DNA from: Candidatus Bipolaricaulota bacterium
GTDB lineage: Bacteria > Bipolaricaulota > Bipolaricaulia > UBA7950 > UBA9294
Reading direction: 5' to 3'
Length of the DNA: 64,000 nt
Assembly: GCA_040752575.1 (NCBI GenBank)
Contig: JBFMGK010000015.1
Span: forward strand, 23,779 to 87,778
Under the pieces are notes generated by a model, which had not been told where the DNA came from, made no database searches, and saw nothing but the letters and a program-made list of their open reading frames with translations. This document shows positions 57,265 to 64,000 of this stretch, piece after piece (the first letter of the stretch is position 1; every line of letters starts with the position of its first letter). The translations under genes were made by a program, and so were the position numbers.

Positions 57265-59697
57265 TCACCAATTCGGATCCGGCCGCTTGACGTTCTTCCC
57301 TGCGTCGGCGGCGGCGAGGACCTTCTCGCGCGTCAGGGGCAGCGAGAACACGCGCACGCCGAGGGCGTCGGCGACGGCGTTCGCGACGGCGGGCGCGGCC
57401 GGCGTCAGGGCGGGCTCGCCGATGCCCTTCGCGCCGAACGGGCCGACGCCGGTGCCCGACTCGAGCAGGATGACCTGCGTGTCGGGGAAGTCAACGGCCG
57501 TCGGGATCAGGTACTCGGCGAGCGTCGGGGTCTGGGTCATGCCGTCTTTGACGACGTACTCTTCCATCAGGGCATAGCCGAGCCCCTGGTGGCTGCCGCC
57601 GGCGATCTGCCCGCGCGCCGCTGCGGGGTTGATCGCGCGGCCGACGTCGTGGCACGCGACCGACTTCAGGAGCTCGACCTCGCCCGTCTCGACGTCGACG
57701 GCCACTTCAACCGCCTGCGCGCCGAACGTGAAGTCGGGCCAGATGTCGCCCTGCCCCGTCTCGGGATCTAGCCCATCGGTGAACGGGGCATTGAACTGGG
57801 CTAGATGCGCCAGCGGTAGCCCGCCTGCTGCTGCTTTCGCGGCAACCTCGGACAGGGCGATCCGCTTCGTAGATGGACCAGAAGAAGCCGAGGCCGTGCG
57901 ATCGCCTTCTTCCAAGCTACTCGACAACGCGGACGGTCGAGTAGCCGCGGACAACGGACTACGGACTACCGCTTCTCCGTTCTCCAACTCCACCTCTCCC
58001 GGCTCCACCCCCAGCATCTCCGCCGCCTTCTGAACGAGGCTGGCGCGGACGACGCCGGCCGCCTGCAAGACGGCATTCCCCGACATGTAGAGCTGGCGCG
58101 TCGCGGTCGATGTCCCGGCGAGCGGCGTCAGCGCCGAGTCGGTCGCGTAGATCGACACGCGCTCGAGCGGCACGCCGAGCACCTCGGCCGCGATCTGGCA
58201 CAGGCTGTTCGCCTGGCCGGCGCCGATGTCGGGCACGCCGCAGCGGATAACGACCGTGCCGTCCATCTCCATCCCGACCCAGGCGCGCGACGTGTCGTGG
58301 AACCACGTGATGCGGCCGTAGCTCTGGAAAGTGGACGCGAACCCGCGCCCGATCTTGCGCGTCGACGTCTCCGGCGTCTTCTCGCCGAGCGCGGCGAGCG
58401 CGCGCGTCGCGCACTCCTCGGACCACGCCGCCGAGCGAATCGTCTGCCCCGTCGCCGTCGTTTCGCCCGTCTTGAGGTAGTTGATCCGCCGCAGCTCCAG
58501 CGGGTCGAGAATGAGCGCCTTGGCAATCTCGTCCATCTGCGACTCGTAGGCCAACGCCGCCTGCGGCCCGCCGAACCCGCGAAACGCGCTCGTGAACGGC
58601 TGATTCGTCGCCGCGGCGACCGAGTCGATCCGAACGTTGTCGATCCGGTACGGGCCCGTCGCCATCGCCGTCGCGTAGAGCAGGACGTACGGCGACAGGT
58701 ACGGGTACGCGCCCGAGTCAGCAAGCATCGTGATTTCGGCTGCCGTGATCCGTCCCGTGCGCCGGACGCCCGTGCGGTGGGTGATCTTGAACGGATGGCG
58801 CTTCGCGCTCGCGAGGAACGACTCCTCGCGCGTATAGACGAGCTTCACCGGTCGGCGCGTCGCGCGCGCGAGCAGCGCGAGGAAGATCTCAACCGTGACG
58901 TCTTCTTTAGAGCCGAACCCGCCGCCCACCATGGTGCCGATCACGCGCACCTTGTTCTGAGGCAGACCGAGGGCCTTGGCGACGGTGCGGAAGTGCTCGA
59001 CGACCTGCGTGCAAACGCGGATCGTGATCACGTCGCCCTCGTCGAGCCACGCAACGCCGGCCTCGGGCTCGAGGTAAGCGTGTTCGACAAACGGCATCTC
59101 GAACGTGTTCTCGACCACAAGGTCGGCGTCGGCCATGCCCTTCGCGACATCGCCCTTCTCGACGTGCCAGCGCGCGACGACGTTGTCGTCGCCGTAGACC
59201 TTTGGCGCGTCGGGCTCGAGCGCCTTCTGCGGGCAGAACACCCCGGGCGTGGGCTCGATCTGGAGGTCGATCAATCCGAGCGCCCGTTCGGCGAGTTCGA
59301 GCGTCTCCGCCGCGACGAGCGCGATCGGCTCGCCGTGGAAGCGCACGACATCGGTCGCGAGAACGGGCGCATCGGACCCCGTGCGCGCCGCGCGGCCCGT
59401 CTGGCCGGGCATGTCGGTCGCGAGCTTCGCGTCGGGAAGGTCGGCCCCGGTCAGGACGCACGCCACGCCGGCGAGCGCGCGGGCCTTCGCGACGTCGAGC
59501 CGGACGATACGCCCGCTTGCGATCGGCGAGCGGAAGACCTTCGCGTGCAGCATGTGGGGCATCGCGTAGTCGCCGGCGTACACCGTCGAGCCGACGGCCT
59601 TCGCCAGCGCGTCGACGCGCCGCAGCGGTTTTCCGACCTGCTTCAGGGGCGGCAGGTCGTGAGGCGGAAGCGGTTTCGGAGTCACGCAAGGACTCAC
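57265..59697 (-). CDS. Xanthine dehydrogenase family molybdopterin-binding subunit
   Basis: EHAYLEPE, GGGFGSK, AFRGFGGPQ, GPFGAKGIGEP. Confidence 0.93.
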   Translation of the reverse strand: MSPCVTPKPLPPHDLPPLKQVGKPLRRVDALAKAVGSTVYAGDYAMPHMLHAKVFRSPIASGRIVRLDVAKARALAGVACVLTGADLPDAKLATDMPGQTGRAARTGSDAPVLATDVVRFHGEPIALVAAETLELAERALGLIDLQIEPTPGVFCPQKALEPDAPKVYGDDNVVARWHVEKGDVAKGMADADLVVENTFEMPFVEHAYLEPEAGVAWLDEGDVITIRVCTQVVEHFRTVAKALGLPQNKVRVIGTMVGGGFGSKEDVTVEIFLALLARATRRPVKLVYTREESFLASAKRHPFKITHRTGVRRTGRITAAEITMLADSGAYPYLSPYVLLYATAMATGPYRIDNVRIDSVAAATNQPFTSAFRGFGGPQAALAYESQMDEIAKALILDPLELRRINYLKTGETTATGQTIRSAAWSEECATRALAALGEKTPETSTRKIGRGFASTFQSYGRITWFHDTSRAWVGMEMDGTVVIRCGVPDIGAGQANSLCQIAAEVLGVPLERVSIYATDSALTPLAGTSTATRQLYMSGNAVLQAAGVVRASLVQKAAEMLGVEPGEVELENGEAVVRSPLSAATRPSALSSSLEEGDRTASASSGPSTKRIALSEVAAKAAAGGLPLAHLAQFNAPFTDGLDPETGQGDIWPDFTFGAQAVEVAVDVETGEVELLKSVACHDVGRAINPAAARGQIAGGSHQGLGYALMEEYVVKDGMTQTPTLAEYLIPTAVDFPDTQVILLESGTGVGPFGAKGIGEPALTPAAPAVANAVADALGVRVFSLPLTREKVLAAADAGKNVKRPDPNW

Positions 59698-60248
59698 GGC
59701 ATCTCACCCCCGCGCCGGATCGGCTGATCCGCACGAGCGACTTCCCCTGGCAGTATCGCACCTGGTCTTGCGACGCCTTCGGATGCAAGTCTCTCCGCTG
59801 CCAACCTGACGGCCTCAACGATTTGCGCGTACCCCGTGCATCGGCAGAGGTTGCCCGAGATCGCCTCGCGGATCTCGGCCTCGGTCGGATCGGGGTTCGC
59901 GTCGAGCAGGGCCTTCGTCGACAGGATGAGCCCGGGCGTGCAGAAGCCGCATTGGATGGCCCCGGCGTCGGCGAACGCTTCCTGGATCGGGTGCGGGTGC
60001 TCGGCCGTGCCGAGCCCGGAGACGGTCGTGATCGTCGCGCCATCGGCCTGCGCCGCAAGCACGAGGCAGCTCGGGACGGCTTTGCCGTCCAGGAGCACGG
60101 TGCACGCGCCGCAGTCGCCCTTGTCGCAGCCGCTCTTCACATCGACGTGCCCCAGCGCGCGCAGGGTCTCGAGCAAGCTCGCGTTCGCGGCGACGGAGAG
60201 TTCGTGCGTTCGCCCGTTCACGCGCAGCGTGATCTTCTTCTCGGTCAT
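59694..60248 (-). CDS. (2Fe-2S)-binding small subunit, XDH family
   Basis: GCDKGDCGACTV, QCGFCTPG, GNLCRCTGY. Confidence 0.93.
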   Translation of the reverse strand: MTEKKITLRVNGRTHELSVAANASLLETLRALGHVDVKSGCDKGDCGACTVLLDGKAVPSCLVLAAQADGATITTVSGLGTAEHPHPIQEAFADAGAIQCGFCTPGLILSTKALLDANPDPTEAEIREAISGNLCRCTGYAQIVEAVRLAAERLASEGVARPGAILPGEVARADQPIRRGGEMP

Positions 60249-61114
60249 CACCGACCTCCGAGTCCGGCTTCGGCCAGCGCACGCCGGACGAGCACGCCGA
60301 CGACCCGACGGCGGTACGCGGCACTCGCGCGCACGTCGTCGATCGGAGAGCAAGCGTCGGCCGCCGCCTTCGCCGCCTCGAGCACGCGCTCGTCGGCGAA
60401 CGCCTTTCCCGCCAGCGCCGCCTCGGCCTTCGCGACGCGCAGCGGCGTCGGGGCCACGGCGCCGAGCGCGATTCTCGCCTCATCGCACGTCCCGTCGTCG
60501 CGCAGCGACAGCCGCACGGCCACGCTCGCAACGGCAATCGCGTCGGCCTTCCGCAGCCCGAGCTTGCGCCACGCGTGGCCCCACCGCCCCGCCGCGTGCG
60601 GGATCCGGATCGAGGTCACCAGTTCGTCAGCCTTCCGCGTCGTCTTGCCCGGCCCTTTCCAGACGTCGACCGCGCGGACGAGCCGCCGCCCGCGCACGCT
60701 CTTGAACTCGATCGACGCGTCGAGCGCGAGCAATGCCGGCGCGAGTTCAGCCGCCGGCGAAGCGTGGACGACGTTGCCGCCGATCGTCGCCCGGTTGCGG
60801 ACCAGCGGCGATCCGAACGTCGCGCAGGCCTGGGCAAGGAGCGGCGCACGCTCCTTGATCATCGGGTGGTTCAGGAGCTCGGCGATCGTCGTCATCGCGC
60901 CGATCGAGATCTCGTTCGCGCCCTGCGTTACGCCGCGCAAGTCGCCGATCCGTCCGAGATCGATGAGCGCCGGCGGCGCTGTACGACGCGAACGAAGGTC
61001 GACGAGCAACGCCGTGCCGCCGGCCAGTGAGATCGCCTCGGGCCGCGACGCAAGCAGCTCGACCGCCTCGCCGACCGACGCCGGCTGCAACAACTCGAAT
61101 CTTGGCAGCGTCAT
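60248..61114 (-). CDS. FAD-binding medium subunit, XDH family
   Basis: LAGGT, RNRATIGGN, ASPAAE, PIDDVRASAAYR. Confidence 0.92.
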   Translation of the reverse strand: MTLPRFELLQPASVGEAVELLASRPEAISLAGGTALLVDLRSRRTAPPALIDLGRIGDLRGVTQGANEISIGAMTTIAELLNHPMIKERAPLLAQACATFGSPLVRNRATIGGNVVHASPAAELAPALLALDASIEFKSVRGRRLVRAVDVWKGPGKTTRKADELVTSIRIPHAAGRWGHAWRKLGLRKADAIAVASVAVRLSLRDDGTCDEARIALGAVAPTPLRVAKAEAALAGKAFADERVLEAAKAAADACSPIDDVRASAAYRRRVVGVLVRRALAEAGLGGR

Positions 61115-61151
61115 CGCCCTCTCACCCGCTTCTTCATCGTCCCACAGGGCA

Positions 61152-62651
61152 TCATGCCCCGACGCCGCCCCGCAGGCCAGCCGCACGCTCGACGGCGCGG
61201 ACGATGCTCGCGTAGCCCGTGCAGCGGCACAGGTTGCCCTTCAGGTAGTCGCGGATCTCGTCCTCGGTGGGCTGGGGGATCTCCTCGAGCAGCTTCTTCG
61301 TCATCAGCACCATACCCGGCGTGCAATAGCCGCACTGGAACGCGTTCTCGTCGATGAACGCCTGCTGCACGGGGTCGAGCGTCCCGTCGGGCGCCGCGAG
61401 GCCCTCGATCGTCCGCACGTCGGCGCCGTCGGCGGCGACGGCGAGCACCAGACACGCGAGCGTCGGCCGGCCGTCGAGCCAGACCGTGCACGCGCCGCAC
61501 TCGCCGATGCCGCACCCGTACTTCGCGCCGGTCAGTTCGAGCCGCTCGCGCAGGACGTTCAGCAGCAGCTCGCTCGGCGCCACGTCGATCTCCATCGCGT
61601 CGCCATTCACTGTGAGGTCGATGACGACAGACTCATCGGCATCGACCCTCAGTGAAGGGAGAGCAGGCTTCGCCTGTTCTCGTGGTAGCGTTGCCCCCGC
61701 CTCTTCGGGTTTCTGGAACCTCGGCAACGCGACGTTGACAGGTGAGTCGCCCGTGCACCTCTTCCACGCGATCTCCACCGCGTCATGGACGAGCGCCACC
61801 GCGGCCTTTCGCCGGTAGTCGGCCGTGGAGCGGACGTCGTCAATCGGCTGGATCTCGGCGGCGGCCGCTTCGGCCGCCGTCAGCCGCCGGGCGTCGGTCA
61901 TCTCCTCTTTCGAGAGCAACAGCTCGGCCTTGCGCGCCCGCAGGGCAGTCGGGCCGACGGAACCCAGTTCGATCCGCGCCGACGCACAGCGCCCGGACTC
62001 GTCACGCGTCACGCGCACGGCCGCGCTCGCCTTCGCGAGGTCGGCGCGCACGCGGCCGATCTTCAGGAACGCCGAACCCGACGAGCCGGCGCTCTTGGGC
62101 AGCCGCACGGCCGTCAGGATCTCGCCGTCGCGCAACCGCACCTTGCCCGGACTGGCCAGGAGGTCGCCCAAGGGGACCGTCCGCTCGCCGCCGGGGCCGA
62201 CGAGCGCCACCTCGGCGCCAAGAACGAGCAGCGCGGGCACCGTGTCGGAGGCCGGCGAGCCGTTGCAGATGTTGCCACCGAGCGTGCCGCGCATCGCGAC
62301 CTGCGTCGAGCCGAACGCCGCGGCGGCCTCGGCGATCGCCGTGCAGGACGTCCACAGAAGGGCCGACGTCGCGAGGTCGCGAATGGGCGTCAGCGCGCCG
62401 ATCCGGACACCGCCCGGCTCTTCGACGATGCCCGAGAGCCCCGAGAGGAATGTGATGTCGATCACCTTCGCCGGCGCGATCTTCCCGAGCTTCATGTCGA
62501 CGATCAGGTTCGTTCCGCCGGCGAGCACGGCCGCATCCGGGTGCTCTTTGCGCATCGTGAGCGCCTCGGCGAGCGAGTTCGGGCGAAAGTAAGCAAAGCG
62601 GTGGGAGAGAAGGTGGGTGTTCGTCGGCGCGTGTCCGTGGTCCGGGGTCAT
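61152..62651 (-). CDS. Fused FAD-binding + (2Fe-2S) subunit, XDH family
   Basis: LAGGTN...TLGGNICNGSPASD...PIDDVRS, then GCGIGECGAC...QCGYCTPG...NLCRCTGY. Confidence 0.9.
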   Translation of the reverse strand: MTPDHGHAPTNTHLLSHRFAYFRPNSLAEALTMRKEHPDAAVLAGGTNLIVDMKLGKIAPAKVIDITFLSGLSGIVEEPGGVRIGALTPIRDLATSALLWTSCTAIAEAAAAFGSTQVAMRGTLGGNICNGSPASDTVPALLVLGAEVALVGPGGERTVPLGDLLASPGKVRLRDGEILTAVRLPKSAGSSGSAFLKIGRVRADLAKASAAVRVTRDESGRCASARIELGSVGPTALRARKAELLLSKEEMTDARRLTAAEAAAAEIQPIDDVRSTADYRRKAAVALVHDAVEIAWKRCTGDSPVNVALPRFQKPEEAGATLPREQAKPALPSLRVDADESVVIDLTVNGDAMEIDVAPSELLLNVLRERLELTGAKYGCGIGECGACTVWLDGRPTLACLVLAVAADGADVRTIEGLAAPDGTLDPVQQAFIDENAFQCGYCTPGMVLMTKKLLEEIPQPTEDEIRDYLKGNLCRCTGYASIVRAVERAAGLRGGVGA

Positions 62652-64000
62652 CGCGAACCTCCTTTGCCCGCCTTCGCGAGGGCGGCAACGATGTCCTCGG
62701 GCAGGATCGGAAGCCTCATGAAGCGCACGCCGATGGCGTTGGCGATGGCGTTCGCGTACGCGGCGGCGACGGGGTTCATCGCCGCTTCGCCGATGCCCTT
62801 GGCGCCGAACGGGCCGGTGGGCTCGTAGGTGTCGGCGAAGTACGTTTCGAGGTTCTCGACGAGCGGGCTCTCCGAGATGGCCGGAGTCTTCGCATCGATC
62901 GGCAGGCCGCACGACGGCAGCCGGCCGTCTTCGTCCCAGACGCAGCCTTCGACGAGCGCGTAGCCCGCGCCCTTCGACAGGCCGCCTTCGAGCTGGCCGC
63001 GCGCCATCGCCGGGTTCACGACCGTGCCACAGTCTGAGCCGAGCGCGGCCTTCACCGTGCGCACGGCGCCCGTCCACGTGTCGACTTCGACGTCGAGGAA
63101 CACAGCGACGTAGGCGGGCGGGCAGTTCGTCGGGCGGTAGCTCTCGACCGCGGCGATCGTCTTCCACGACTCCGACCAGCAGCGCGTCGCGATCTCCTTC
63201 AGCGTCATTCGCCGGTCGGGAATCGACGACGCGACGACGACGCCCTGGCCCAGCTCGGGGTCGAGCTTGAGCTCGAGCGCGTCGGGATACAGGTTCATGA
63301 ACTTGCCGGCGGTTTCGAGGATGTCTTTGCGGACGGCGTTCGCGGCCTTCACCGCCGCGCCGCCGCCGGCGTAGACGCCGCGCGTCGCGTGGGTCACGCA
63401 GTCGTAGACCGTGGTCGTCGTGCCGACGTCGGCGACGTTCACCTTGTCGAACGGCACGCCGAGCGCCTCGCCGACGAGTTTGGCGACCGCTTCGAGCGTG
63501 CCGCCGCCGTGGTCCATCAGCGCGGTCACGACGTCGACCGAGCCGTCGACGTTGACCTTCACCATCGCGCCGGAGAAGTCGATCACGTCGCCCGGCTGCG
63601 GCGCGCCCGCGCTCGAGGTGTGAAAGCCGCGCGCCATGCCAATGCCCCGGCGGAAGCGGCCGCTGTGCGTCTCGGGAGCCGTGCGCTTCGACCAGCCAAT
63701 CCGCTTGGCGCCTTCTTCGAGAAGCTGCGGCACGCCGTCGCTTCGCACGACCGACTTCACCTGCGGCCCTTGGCCCCAGAACGTGTCGCCGAGGCCGACG
63801 TAGTTCTTCAGGCGCAGCTCGATCGGATCCATGCCGAGCTTCTCGGCCAGGATGTCCATCAGCTGCTCGGCAGCGAATGTGACCTGCGGGTTGCCGAAGC
63901 CCTGCATGGCGCAGGACGGCGACTTGTTCGTGTAGACGGCCGTGCCGCGGTAGCGGATGCTCGGCAGCCGGTAGAGCGACACGAGCCAGCCGACCGCGAC
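62648..64000 (-). CDS. XDH family molybdopterin-binding subunit (5' part outside window)
   Basis: AMQGFGNPQ, GQLEGG, GPFGAKGIGE; frame open to right edge. Confidence 0.9.
   Translation of the reverse strand, partial: VAVGWLVSLYRLPSIRYRGTAVYTNKSPSCAMQGFGNPQVTFAAEQLMDILAEKLGMDPIELRLKNYVGLGDTFWGQGPQVKSVVRSDGVPQLLEEGAKRIGWSKRTAPETHSGRFRRGIGMARGFHTSSAGAPQPGDVIDFSGAMVKVNVDGSVDVVTALMDHGGGTLEAVAKLVGEALGVPFDKVNVADVGTTTTVYDCVTHATRGVYAGGGAAVKAANAVRKDILETAGKFMNLYPDALELKLDPELGQGVVVASSIPDRRMTLKEIATRCWSESWKTIAAVESYRPTNCPPAYVAVFLDVEVDTWTGAVRTVKAALGSDCGTVVNPAMARGQLEGGLSKGAGYALVEGCVWDEDGRLPSCGLPIDAKTPAISESPLVENLETYFADTYEPTGPFGAKGIGEAAMNPVAAAYANAIANAIGVRFMRLPILPEDIVAALAKAGKGGSR

Overview
High-GC bacterial chromosomal window with no rRNA, tRNA, CRISPR array, integrase or transposase that I can recognise. 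Gene content suggests a diderm anaerobic peptide/amino-acid fermenter; Candidatus Bipolaricaulota is my unverified guess. Left half: surface proteins (Ig-like repeats, beta-barrel-like), housekeeping and accessory genes (TrmH, M48 peptidase, flavodoxins, GNATs, MFS), gntR-tyrosine phenol-lyase, a Thermotoga-type Na+-pumping pyrophosphatase, a TetR-MMPL-LolA-like operon, two ABC systems and a UvrD helicase. Right half: AOR, ribokinase with a divergent Ftr homologue, an aromatic 2-oxoacid fermentation operon (iorAB-acd-aminotransferase) and a double xanthine-dehydrogenase-family cluster. Main observations: (1) an MqsR/Zn-HTH-Panacea toxin-antitoxin cassette embedded in a modular array of 7-mer repeats, 9-mer repeats and GTAG-type REP hairpins, with similar elements inserted in frame into neighbouring enzyme genes; (2) a 2-TM regulator with a C-terminal OmpR-type winged helix, and a shared triple 11-bp repeat upstream of both flanking secreted-protein genes; (3) a small basic protein plus nucleoside-deoxyribosyltransferase-like two-gene islet; (4) a degenerate Ftr coupled to a ribokinase that appears to start at ATA; (5) repeated leaderless-type promoter architecture.
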